A stretch of 63,079 nt of DNA, the filler included, from Chrysochromulina tobinii (lineage: Eukaryota), in the NCBI GenBank assembly GCA_001275005.1. It is 5 parts of 5 records of this genome, joined end to end, with 100 filler letters (N's around TTAATTAATTAA, not from the genome) between each part and the next. Parts side by side here need not be neighbours in the genome. Positions count along the whole stretch, not along the records: positions 1 to 18,069 come from JWZX01000065.1; positions 18,170 to 36,975 come from JWZX01000068.1; 3 more parts are not named here. The stretch is one strand, 5' to 3'. Of this stretch, positions 12,190 through 21,722 are shown piece by piece (position 1 is the stretch's first letter; every line of letters begins with the position of its first letter). The notes under the pieces were generated by a model, which was not told the DNA's origin, did not search any database, and was given only the letters and a program-made list of their open reading frames with translations. Position numbers and translations under genes: made by a program.

Positions 12190-15100
12190 TCAAGCCTCGA
12201 ACTCGTTCAGCGCCTTGTAGCCTGAAGGCGGGGGCAACCTACTCGGCGCAACCATCCCGTAGCCGTCGGGGATGATGAGCTGATGGGTACCGTTGGGTGA
12301 GATGCTCGTGACCCATCCCTCCTTGAGCCAGCTCGTCGCAAGCCAGCTCGAGTTGATGCCGGCGAGCATGCCCCAGGAGGCGAAGCGCACGCGCGCGCGC
12401 TCGCGCCCCTCCTCGCCAGGCAGTTGCATCCACTTCGTCTCAAGCACCTCGACGCACGTGCCCGGCTGCACATCGCCCAAGTTGGCGCTGTTCAGCTCGG
12501 GCCCCTCGCGCAGCACGAGCGCCGTTCCGCCCACGCGCGGCCGGAGCGGGTCAAAGCCGCGAGTCGTCGTCGTCTTCGATTCGGGAGCTCGAGGGGAGAG
12601 CTTGGTGATGATGTCGGGATGCCCCATCCGCCTACGCGGGCTCAGGATGCTCAGATCGTGAATCTGCTGCTGCTGCTCCTCGTCGCTCTCGGGACGGTAC
12701 TCGAGAAAGAGCCGATGGAGTGGGTCGAGGCCTTTATAACCCGCAGCCGTGAGCTCAGCGTGCGTCACGCGCAGGAAGATGACAAGATCGCGCCAGTCGA
12801 ACCCGCCCTCTTGAAGCTCGCGCAGCTTGTACTGCGCCGCCATCAGCTGGCGAGAGGTGAAGCCAGCGACTCGCAGCGCGCCAGCGTCGAAGCCAACCTC
12901 TTTGAGCTCAGACGGGGTGTATGCAGCGTCCTTGAGGTCGGACGCGCTGTACGAGCCCTCGAGAAGCTCTGAGAGTGTGAACCCAATCTTGCGCAGCACC
13001 TTTGCTGTGTAGCCCGCATGACGCAGCTTGGCAGTCGACCGGCCGTCCACGGCCTGCACCGCGTGATGGGGAACGCCTCCCATGCGGATCTCGTCGAGGC
13101 TGAAGCCCTGGTTCTTCAGGTTCTTGACCGAGTAGATGCCGCGCAGGTCGGCGACCACGAAGCCATACTCCTTCAGCTCCGCCACCTCGTACTTGCCATA
13201 CATTTTGAGCAAAGCGACCGACCGGCCGTCAACTGCCTCAACGGCCCGTTTCGTGAAGCCCGCCTCTTCGAGCTCCACATCTGGAAAGCCGAGCTCCTTG
13301 AGCTCCTTGACGACGCTTCCCGCGTCCTTGAGCGCTTTCGCGCCGTAGCCGTAGGCCTTGAGCTCCTTAGCACTGAACCCGAGCGCGCGCAGCTGGATGG
13401 CATCGAAGCCGGCCTCGCGGAGCGCGCCCACGCCAAAGCCGCATGCGATCAGATCTTTGGCGGTGAAGCCCCCGACCAGCAGCTCCTTGGCACTGTACCC
13501 GACCTCGGCAAGTTGCTTCGCATTCAGCCCAGCCTGGCGCAGCTCCCCCGCGGGTGCCCCGATCGCTCGGAGTGTGGCCACGCTGTAGCCGGCGACCACC
13601 AGATCGAGGACGGAGTAGCCCACTTTGAAGAGCGCATCGGCCAAGTAGCCGCACGCTCTCAGCTCATCGGCGAGGTACCCGCCGTCCTTGAGCTCGCGAA
13701 CGGTCCAACCGCCGTCCTTCCACTCCTCGATGCGGAAGAAGACCTTTCCACGTCGCAGCTCGGTCGCCGTGATGCCGCCTCCCTTGAGCTCCTTGGCTGT
13801 GTAACCACCCTCATCGCCGCCAACGAGGAGAGTCTTGACATCGACCCGGCCACGAGCACCGAACGCGAGCTCGGCTGCCGTGTACCCTTGCTGCTTGAGA
13901 CGCTGCGCCGTGTAGCCGGAGTCCTTGAGCACGGCGATGGGCGTGCCTGCTGCCTTGAGCTGCACCAGCGACGTACCCGCCTCCTTGAGCTCCTGCGCCG
14001 AGTACCCAGCGTTCTGCAGGTCCTCCGCCGAGTATCCGGCTCCCTGCAGGGCGTTGAGGTCGTAACCCACCTCGCGCAACACCAGCGCCGTATGCCCCGC
14101 CTTGCGGAGGTCGAGGGCTTTGTAGCTCGCCGCGAACATCTGGGCGAGCGTGTAGCCCGCATCCGTAGCTTCCTGCGCATCGTAGCCCGCATCGTAGATG
14201 CGCTGGCAATCGTAGCCCGCTCCCTTCATCTCATGCACAGTGTAGCCAGCATCATGCATCATGCCCACCTGGAAGATGAGAGCCTTGCGAAGGTCGAGCG
14301 CGGTAAACTTGGCGTCGCGGATGTCGGGGATGCGATAGCCGGCCTCTCCCAGCTCCGCCGCCTTATACTTGCCATCCTTGAGTTCAACGAGCGTGAACGC
14401 TCTCGAGTCCTTCATCTGCAGCGCCGTGTACCCACCCTCCTTGAGATCCTTAGCCTGGAACCCGAGGGACTTCATCTCGGCCGCCGTGATCTCGGCCTCC
14501 CACATCTCCCGCGGTTTGTAGCCCAAGTCCCTGAGCTGCACCGCTTTGAAGCCGGCTTGCTTGAGCTCCTTGGCTGTGAAGCCACCCGCCTTAAGCTCGA
14601 CGGCCGAGAACGCGAGGTCGAGCAGCTCCTGTACGCCGAAGCCCACATTGCGGAGAATCTCTGCGCTCAGGAGCACTCGAAAATGCGCGCGGCGCACCAT
14701 GCCCTTGCTCATGAGCTGCGCGACGCCCGTCTGCCAGTTGCCGCGCTTGGCAGCACGCTTGGAGGCCGAGTTCACCTCCGCCCTCGCCTCGTTGAAGATC
14801 TTGGCCACCGCGTTGTACGAGGCGTCGATCTCGCCATCGCTCGGCTCCGGGTTGCGATTCTTGCACAGCAGCTCGTACATTGCATGCACCTCCTTGCGTC
14901 CGGGGCCACCCTTGCTCAGAAACGGCGCCGCCGTGAGCGACTTGAGCGCCGTCTGCGGCCCGCTGCGCAGCTTGAGAATGGGTAGCGGCCATAAGGTGTT
15001 TGGGCAGATGATGAGGTTCTCGAGCGCCTCGAGTGCCTTCCGATCTGCTTGCATGACCGTGAGGAGACCCGAGAGAGCCGATCGCTCCTCGCGCTCAATT

Positions 15101-17646
15101 GGCGGCATCCACTCGAGGCCCGCGAGCGATAAGTCGAGGTTCTCGAGGCTGTCGTTCTTACCCAGCGCGTCGACGAGGGAGACGACCTCGTTGTCCGAGA
15201 TCTCGTACTGACACTTCCACTTGACCAGTGAGCCGCTCTTAATGGCATCGAGAGGCAGCCCGTACCCGACGTTCCACAGCTGCACCGCCTTCTTGGCCAC
15301 GGGGATGCCGGCCTCGCGCGCCTCCTGCACGAGCTCGTACCACGTCTTGAGCATCGTGAGTGTCGAGATGCCGATCGATTTGGGCAGCACGTTCACGAAG
15401 GAGCCGTCGTTGATCGCCATCAGGTTCAACTCGGTTTGGCTCGCTGTGCCAGCTCGCACATGGGAGCTGACCATGACGAGGATGACAGCCTGCATGATGC
15501 ACTGCGGCAGCGCCTCGATGAGCACCTCTCCAATGATGCGGGTCGCCGCATACGCTGGCACAAACTGGCGCAACGACTCGGGCATGGGAGTGATCGGGAG
15601 GAGCCCAAACGGACCGAGGAACATGAGGAAGTCGAGGAAGAACATGCCAAACGGGAAGCTGTACAAGAAGCTGAGATAGAAGGCTGAGGTCGGACCATAG
15701 GTGTCGTACAGGTACGGGAGCACTCGCCACCACACGACGGCAAACTGGCCCACGAGCAGGCAGGCCGAGACGAAGGCGAAGCGGAAGGCGCCCGCGCGGT
15801 AGAATAGCATTGTCACCTGGTAGTCGGAGATGAGGTCCATGAAGTAGAGCCACATCGTGATGATGCCCGAGATGGCGTTCTTGAGAATCTTGACCCCGAG
15901 CTTGGTTGTCTCTGTGCAGCCGCCCTCACGAGCCCTTTTGGCCTCCTCCTCCGCCTCTTGCCGCGCAAGCTCCTCGAGGTCGACAGCCTCGGCTGCCTGC
16001 GTCTTGAGCGCGGCGAGGAAGTTGTTGTACGTCGCGATTTGCTTCTCGAACTTGGAGCGTCGCCCGTTGAGCTCATTCACCACTTCCGGGTCGGCCTCCT
16101 TGCCGCGCAGCCGTATCATCAGGTTGACGCCCTCGAGCTCCTCCCTCGCCTTGGTCAGCAGCGCCTGCACCTCCTCCGGGTCGGTGGCGACCTTGGCGAG
16201 GAATCCACCGGGGGAGTCGTCCTCCACTTGGTTGTACCCTTGCTCGCGCAGCGCGCGCTGTGCAAACCATTTGTCAATATCAGCTTGGAAGAGGAAGAAG
16301 ACGACAAAGTAGGCAAACAGCCCAAAGTCGACGACGACGAAGCCCAACTGGTGGGTCTGCATGAACGTGCTCGCGGCGTGGCCCGCCCACGCCGCCCACA
16401 CTGTCGGGTCAAGGTTCTGGTTGTCAAACTTGGCAGCGAACCACTTCATGGTGCTGATGAACGGCATCATCGCAAAGCCGATCAGCACGTCGAGGTCGAA
16501 GGCCTCCGAGAGGGAAATGAGTACGGTGAGCAGGACCATGAAGACCATGGAGCCCCACGCCTCGTCCGATTGCTGCTGCGCTGTCTGTCCCTGCTTGCCC
16601 TTTTTCCCCTTGCTCTTGCGCTTCCTTTCGAGCGCAAGCCGGCGCTCCTCAGCCTTTCGCTTCTCCGCCTCCTCCTTCTCCAAGAATGCCAAGAAGCTGC
16701 CCGTCTTGCCGTCGTCGGGCTTGTTCGCCTTGAAGCGAGGCAGGTACGACTTCGCAGCCACCGCCTTGAAGCGCGGCTTCGTCTTGTTCTTCTTGAAGGC
16801 GCGCAACGTCAGCACGAGCTGGCGGAACTCGGCAGCTTGCAGTGAGCCAGATGAATCTTTGTCAAAGCCTTGCAGCACCCTCGCCGTCTCGGCCGAGTCG
16901 CCCTCGAGCCCGAGCTCAAAGAGCGCCTCCTTGAGCTCCTTCGTGTCGATGTCGCCCGACTTGTTTCTATCAAACTTCTTGAAGACCTCTGAAATGTCGT
17001 CGTCGACGGCCGGGGCCGTGGCTGCTGGCGGCGCGGCCGGCGCATTTGCAGCCTGGTAGGCCCTGAGTTCGGTTACGACCTTGCGGAACTCCTCCATCTC
17101 CAGGGTTCCTGACCGGTCTTTATCGTAGCCCTGCAGCACCTTGAGCGCAAGCGCGTCCTCAACCTCGACACCCACTTCGCGCAAGATGGCCATAAACTCC
17201 TTTGTATCGATGCAGCCGCTATTATCGTTGTCGTACTTGCGAAAGGCCTGCTCGAGCTCGTCTACGGGGGCTGCGGGCGCGGCCTCAGGTGTGGCCGCAG
17301 GCGCATCAGCCACTAATTGGCGGTACGCATCTGGCTGGCGTTTCAATGCCGGCCGTCCGGCGGCCACCTCGCATGCACGCAGCTCGCCGACGAGCGCCCT
17401 GAACTCTACAAACTCCAAGCCACCTGTTTTAGACTTGTCGTATGCATGGAGCACCTTGGCTGCCTCGGCCGTTTCTAGCTCCACACCCAGCTCGCGCAAT
17501 GCAACTGCAAGCTCCGGATTGTCGATGGATCCACTGCCGTCCACGTCGTATTTCTTGAATGTCTCCTCGATGTCTTTCGACGCCTGCTCCAGTAATGTCG
17601 ACTCCGATGATGGTGGTGTGCCTTGCCCGCCATCCGTGTCCGCCAT
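12190..17646 (-). CDS. 1818-aa protein: six EF-hands, XK-like transmembrane module, LRR-like segment, about 60 decapeptide repeats, SH3b-like C-terminus
   Basis: EF loops DVDGSGSIDNPE, DKSKTGGLEFVE, DNDNSGCIDTKE, DKDRSGTLEMEE, DRNKSGDIDTKE and DKDSSGSLQAAE; XK-like LYFMDLISDYQV and EVLIEALPQCIMQ; repeats of the type ELKxAGFxAx; C-terminal LVLREGPELNS...VEVLE...EGWVTS. Confidence 0.85.
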   Translation of the reverse strand: MADTDGGQGTPPSSESTLLEQASKDIEETFKKYDVDGSGSIDNPELAVALRELGVELETAEAAKVLHAYDKSKTGGLEFVEFRALVGELRACEVAAGRPALKRQPDAYRQLVADAPAATPEAAPAAPVDELEQAFRKYDNDNSGCIDTKEFMAILREVGVEVEDALALKVLQGYDKDRSGTLEMEEFRKVVTELRAYQAANAPAAPPAATAPAVDDDISEVFKKFDRNKSGDIDTKELKEALFELGLEGDSAETARVLQGFDKDSSGSLQAAEFRQLVLTLRAFKKNKTKPRFKAVAAKSYLPRFKANKPDDGKTGSFLAFLEKEEAEKRKAEERRLALERKRKSKGKKGKQGQTAQQQSDEAWGSMVFMVLLTVLISLSEAFDLDVLIGFAMMPFISTMKWFAAKFDNQNLDPTVWAAWAGHAASTFMQTHQLGFVVVDFGLFAYFVVFFLFQADIDKWFAQRALREQGYNQVEDDSPGGFLAKVATDPEEVQALLTKAREELEGVNLMIRLRGKEADPEVVNELNGRRSKFEKQIATYNNFLAALKTQAAEAVDLEELARQEAEEEAKRAREGGCTETTKLGVKILKNAISGIITMWLYFMDLISDYQVTMLFYRAGAFRFAFVSACLLVGQFAVVWWRVLPYLYDTYGPTSAFYLSFLYSFPFGMFFLDFLMFLGPFGLLPITPMPESLRQFVPAYAATRIIGEVLIEALPQCIMQAVILVMVSSHVRAGTASQTELNLMAINDGSFVNVLPKSIGISTLTMLKTWYELVQEAREAGIPVAKKAVQLWNVGYGLPLDAIKSGSLVKWKCQYEISDNEVVSLVDALGKNDSLENLDLSLAGLEWMPPIEREERSALSGLLTVMQADRKALEALENLIICPNTLWPLPILKLRSGPQTALKSLTAAPFLSKGGPGRKEVHAMYELLCKNRNPEPSDGEIDASYNAVAKIFNEARAEVNSASKRAAKRGNWQTGVAQLMSKGMVRRAHFRVLLSAEILRNVGFGVQELLDLAFSAVELKAGGFTAKELKQAGFKAVQLRDLGYKPREMWEAEITAAEMKSLGFQAKDLKEGGYTALQMKDSRAFTLVELKDGKYKAAELGEAGYRIPDIRDAKFTALDLRKALIFQVGMMHDAGYTVHEMKGAGYDCQRIYDAGYDAQEATDAGYTLAQMFAASYKALDLRKAGHTALVLREVGYDLNALQGAGYSAEDLQNAGYSAQELKEAGTSLVQLKAAGTPIAVLKDSGYTAQRLKQQGYTAAELAFGARGRVDVKTLLVGGDEGGYTAKELKGGGITATELRRGKVFFRIEEWKDGGWTVRELKDGGYLADELRACGYLADALFKVGYSVLDLVVAGYSVATLRAIGAPAGELRQAGLNAKQLAEVGYSAKELLVGGFTAKDLIACGFGVGALREAGFDAIQLRALGFSAKELKAYGYGAKALKDAGSVVKELKELGFPDVELEEAGFTKRAVEAVDGRSVALLKMYGKYEVAELKEYGFVVADLRGIYSVKNLKNQGFSLDEIRMGGVPHHAVQAVDGRSTAKLRHAGYTAKVLRKIGFTLSELLEGSYSASDLKDAAYTPSELKEVGFDAGALRVAGFTSRQLMAAQYKLRELQEGGFDWRDLVIFLRVTHAELTAAGYKGLDPLHRLFLEYRPESDEEQQQQIHDLSILSPRRRMGHPDIITKLSPRAPESKTTTTRGFDPLRPRVGGTALVLREGPELNSANLGDVQPGTCVEVLETKWMQLPGEEGRERARVRFASWGMLAGINSSWLATSWLKEGWVTSISPNGTHQLIIPDGYGMVAPSRLPPPSGYKALNEFEA
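12735..14660 (-). repeat. Coding decapeptide repeat array (ELKxAGF/YxAx), about 60 copies
   Basis: Seen directly in translation, e.g. ELKAGGFTAK ELKQAGFKAV QLRDLGYKPR. Copies are diverged at the DNA level. Confidence 0.9.
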
Positions 17647-17968
17647 CGACTCAAGTTCACTCCAACCTGAAAAGTCTCCTCCCCGACCAGGGTGGTCGGC
17701 GTTCCACTGGTCGGTTCGAATTTGGCGTCGGAGGCGGAGTTCGGTTGGCCGCGTTCCGGTTCAATTTTGGCCTGACTTTGCATGCGCCCATTTACATTTG
17801 GTCGATAGGCTCCCTCACGGTGTTTCTGACTCCGATTCCAAAAGGCGCCGAACTCAGCGTTTTCGCGAGGCTCGCTTTTCCTTTTTTCTCGCGTCAGCGT
17901 CTCGTCAAACAGCTCGCAAAAACGAGCACCTCTCCCGGCTCCCACCACTGTCCTCGAAGCCCGTCCAC

Positions 17969-18069
17969 CATGACAGCCAACCTCCTGCCGTCCCAGATCG
18001 GATACATCGAGTACATGCGCCAGGGCAAGACCGCCGCGCTCACGGACGGTGCGCGCCAGAACGATCATG
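17969..18069 (+). CDS. 5' fragment of a hypothetical protein cut by the contig end
   Basis: CACCATG start and coding-like codons (MTANLLPSQIGYIEYMRQGK...), divergent from the 1818-aa gene. Confidence 0.45.
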
Positions 18070-18169
18070 NNNNNNNNNNNNNNNNNNNNNNNNNNNNNNN
18101 NNNNNNNNNNNNNTTAATTAATTAANNNNNNNNNNNNNNNNNNNNNNNNNNNNNNNNNNNNNNNNNNNN
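18070..18169. other. Artificial contig linker
   Basis: N run + TTAATTAATTAA (stops in all six frames) + N run, 100 nt. Confidence 0.99.
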
Positions 18170-18869
18170 GCGTGGCCCACGCGCAAGAGATGGAGAAGGC
18201 GGAGTGGTAGTTGGCCGCTGTGGGGTCCGTGCAGCCAATCTTGTCGTACCTGCACGTGCCCGCGTTGAAGGTCGCTCTCGGGTCGAAGTTGCTCGCAAAC
18301 GTGTCATTGCACCCCGTGCCCAAGAACATGCAAAGCGCCGGCTCGGTGGCATACGACTCATAGTTGTCAGCGAGCCGGTCCATGCAGCCTGCGTATACAA
18401 CGCGGCAAGTCCACGGCGCGTTGACGTAGCCTGCGGAGAGGACGATGAGGGGCATGCACGAGCGAGGGGGCGCGGGTGAGGCGGCAGGACACCCGGTCCA
18501 AGAGAGAGAGAGGGAGAGGCGCCGCTCTGCGCTGCGCGGGCGCGAATCTAGTGCCAGGCTGCGCGTGAATGCTGGGGCTGTGGCTGCGAGAAGTCGGCGC
18601 GCGTAGGTTCGCGCCGGCGGCGGATGCTCCCGGAACTGCACGCGCGCAGGTGCGCGCAGGCCCTTGACCCCCAGGGCAGAGTAAAGTGCAGAGAGACTCG
18701 TGCGCATTTGCGAACACACGCAGGTGCGAGAGCGGGGTTCAGCACGGCATTCACCAGGCTGGGGGTTGGCGACGTAGTTCGTGGCGGTGGGCTCGCCGCA
18801 GTAGAATCCCTCAAAGGCGCCCGAGGCGGCCGCCACGAGCGTGGCGAGGCAAGCGGAGCGCAGCCCCAT
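18170..18869 (-). CDS. Secreted Cys-rich protein with GCxDxxAxNY repeats, 3'-partial; probable intron at 18431-18754
   Basis: Signal peptide MGLRSACLATLVAAASGA; repeats CGEPTATNY, GCMDRLADNY, GCNDTFASNF and GCTDPTAANY. G|GTGAAT...CTCCGCAG|GC removes a non-repeat, microsatellite-containing insert in frame. Confidence 0.7.
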
Positions 18870-19509
18870 TGCACACAGTTGTGTGTGGCAACGTCGAATG
18901 GCAAAACGATTGCTGGAGCATGCAGCAGATTAAAAATGTGGAAAAAAAATTGAAATGCAATGAAATACATGTAATTGGATGTAACCGCTCAAAGTCTCCA
19001 ATGAATTTGGAAAATCTGGCAGGAGCTCGGATTTCCCCTTTAGGCAGGTGTTCGGGTTGAATCGGGTTCGTCAGTGACGAAGATTTAATTTATTTTTGTC
19101 GAATATATTGAAATACACGAGAATGCAACAAGCCGGTAAATGCAGTGAGTAATAAAGGACACCAATTTGAGTACTAAACTACGCATCCCCGTACAGTCTT
19201 CCCCCGCCATTACAATGTAATATGTAAGAAAACAGGGATTTTCGGCTTGCCGTAGTTTCTTTGAAGCGCCTTCGGCGCACCATGGTTAGGTGGTTAGAGG
19301 CTCATAGGCTGCTGACGTGTGACGAGCTGCCGGCACTTTCCGAAGACCGAACGAGTCATAGAGTCGATGATAACTAAACACACAATCTACCTATAGCCAC
19401 CCCCGGGGGCACGTGCGACTGTGCCGAGCGATGTTCAGGGGGACCTTATCGTAAAAGTTTAGAAGCGCCGCCATCAGTACCACTACCAGCCTAAGTAGCC
19501 AGTACCAGC

Positions 19510-21510
19510 CTACGGCGCGACGACCAAGGCCCTCACCCACGCGTTGCGGCTGCTGCCCTCGTCCTTGGCGGCGGCGGCCGCGTCGAGCCGGTAGCGCATG
19601 GGCCCGCCGAAGCCGTTGCGGACCACCGAGTCTCCGGCAGTGCGTGACGCTTGGCACAACGGTCGGACAGCGGGTGGGGCCACGTACGAGGCCAGCAATT
19701 CATCACACGCGGCCGCGTCGGGCCCATGCGTGTAGACGGCGGCAGCGGCGCAGTCGATGGCGGTGCGGCCGCACAGATCGGGCATTCGAGCGCTCGCGCC
19801 GTACCGAAGCAGCAACTGAGCGCACGCCGCGTGCGCCGTGCCGCCGCCCTGGGCTGCCAGATGGAGAGCCGTTACACCACCCGTGCAGGTGGCCAACGGC
19901 TCTGCGCGTGTACGGAGCAGCAGCTGCACGCATGCGGCGTGCCCTGCGGCTGCGGCTAGATGCAGCGCCGTATGTCGGCTCGCGTCCTGCCCGTGCACAT
20001 CCGTGCGTACGCCGCAAGGCGCGTTGATATGAGCGCCACGGGCACCGATCAGCAGCTGCTCAAGACGGCGCGCATCCCCCGCCGCCGCCGCCTCGCCCAT
20101 CGCCTGCCGTACCACTGCTGCTGGGAACTGGGCGAGCAAGCCGTAGCCTGACTGAGGGCCGTACGGCGCCATCGCCGCCATCGCCTCCCGTCGCTCGGCC
20201 TCGTCCGCCTCCCTCGCCGCCGCCCTCGCCGCCGCCCTCTCGGCAGCCTTCCACTCGGCCACCTCGAGGGGCGAGATCTCGATCTCCTCGTCCTCGTCCT
20301 CTTCCTCCTCTTCGGCGCTGCCATCGAGCGCAGCAAAGCAGTCGGCGAGCGCTGCTTTCGCCTCCGCCGTCCAGCCTACGTCCGCATGCGACCACGTACG
20401 TGCGCCGTCCAAGGCCAACGGCACCGCCGGCGACAAGCGTGGGAAAGAGTCTTGCATCGGGTGTGGCGGCATGGGCGGCAGGCGAGGCGCGGGCGCCGTA
20501 ACGGGCGCTGCCTTCGTCGCCTCCGCCACCGTCACCTCGGCAGGGGGCGGCCACGTGGACGGGTGCTCCTGCGCCGCATGGTACATCCGAAGCGCGAAGG
20601 CGTCCGATGAGTGCTCCCAAGCATCGAGTAGCTTTCCCCTTACACGCGCGCTGTCATCGGCGGGTCGAGGGAGTGGACCCAGGCCGCTGCCGAGCAGCCG
20701 AGCCTGCAGTGCCGCCCCCTGCGTGGGCGGCGGGCGGCGGGAAGACGCCAGTGTGTCGCAAGTCTCGCCTGTGTGAGGGATGCTTTGCCTCTCCGCCTCC
20801 AGCCTTGCCTCGCTCGCCGCCTCCGCCTTCTGGCGCAAGAGGATTTGCACGAAGAGCGGCGGCGCGGCGAGCACTCCCGGCGCGATGCCGCGAGAAAGGA
20901 AGAGCTCCTTGAGCTTCCCGACCATGCGGCGCACCGCGAGCGCGTCCACGCCCTCGCAGCTCACCGAGCGGTACACCTGGCCACCCGCGCTCAAGTCAGA
21001 CTGCTCGAGCACGACGCCCTCATCCGACGGCACAGCCGTGCGCACCCGGCGCCGCCGGATCATGACGTGCGGAGGGCGCAACGTGCCGTTAGCGAGGCTG
21101 AGCAGCTGCTCAACCGGCTCGGCAATCGGAATGATCAGCGAGCGAGCCATCGGCACAGAGCGCTTGGCAGTGCGGAAGGATGTCTGCTTGCGCAACCATG
21201 TATTGGCTTCTGCGAGCGCATCCTCGGGACCGGCCTTCGGTCCGCACGTGAGGCGAAGACGCGGGCGGGCAACCCAGCATTCAACCCCCGCGCTGTAGTG
21301 GTGCGCCGCGCGAATGCGCAGCTCCATGACGTCGTCCTCGTATTCAGGGGAATCCAGGCGTCGCACCCGGCACAGATCAACTGCAGTGTCGACCGCGTAG
21401 TGCGTCTCCTCGAGGACTTCGACGACGACACGCGCGCCGAGCAGGTGCGCCACGTCTGGGTTGGGCGCGTGCTCGACGAGCGGGATGTAGCAGCGCCACG
21501 ACCACGTCAT
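19510..21510 (-). CDS. Ankyrin-repeat protein with an N-terminal degenerate CYTH-like domain
   Basis: Ankyrin motifs TALHLAAAAGHAACVQLLL, GVTALHLAAQGG and GRTAIDCA. N-terminal pattern WSWRCYIP...ELRIR...GVECW...VMIRRRR...LEQSDL...YRSVSCEG. ATG 21510 is preferred because 21750 overlaps the upstream gene. Confidence 0.72.
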   Translation of the reverse strand: MTWSWRCYIPLVEHAPNPDVAHLLGARVVVEVLEETHYAVDTAVDLCRVRRLDSPEYEDDVMELRIRAAHHYSAGVECWVARPRLRLTCGPKAGPEDALAEANTWLRKQTSFRTAKRSVPMARSLIIPIAEPVEQLLSLANGTLRPPHVMIRRRRVRTAVPSDEGVVLEQSDLSAGGQVYRSVSCEGVDALAVRRMVGKLKELFLSRGIAPGVLAAPPLFVQILLRQKAEAASEARLEAERQSIPHTGETCDTLASSRRPPPTQGAALQARLLGSGLGPLPRPADDSARVRGKLLDAWEHSSDAFALRMYHAAQEHPSTWPPPAEVTVAEATKAAPVTAPAPRLPPMPPHPMQDSFPRLSPAVPLALDGARTWSHADVGWTAEAKAALADCFAALDGSAEEEEEDEDEEIEISPLEVAEWKAAERAAARAAAREADEAERREAMAAMAPYGPQSGYGLLAQFPAAVVRQAMGEAAAAGDARRLEQLLIGARGAHINAPCGVRTDVHGQDASRHTALHLAAAAGHAACVQLLLRTRAEPLATCTGGVTALHLAAQGGGTAHAACAQLLLRYGASARMPDLCGRTAIDCAAAAVYTHGPDAAACDELLASYVAPPAVRPLCQASRTAGDSVVRNGFGGPMRYRLDAAAAAKDEGSSRNAWVRALVVAP

Positions 21511-21722
21511 GGGGGCGGAGCTCTTGATCGGCTTGTTGATCGCTCCTCGGTCAAACGCGTCGGGATATCGGCCGATTCGTGACGAAACGCAACCAAAAAC
21601 TGTAACGATACCATTGGCTGTGAAGACGGCATCTTTTTTTCTTAGGTTTTCCATGCCCCCAGGCTGGAGGCAACCTTTCGAAGTTTTATTTGAGTTTGGG
21701 GCCGACGAGCGTCGACCAGCAC

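Noticed and set aside
13018..14985. 655-aa plus-strand ORF and similar antisense ORFs (35170..36693, 40798..42339, 47058..48365)
   Set aside because: They mirror well-supported genes on the other strand and are explained by codon bias.
19266..19278. GCGCCTTCGGCGC mini-hairpin in AT-rich intergenic DNA
   Set aside because: A single short stem with no U-tract or element boundaries; it cannot be called a terminator or element end.
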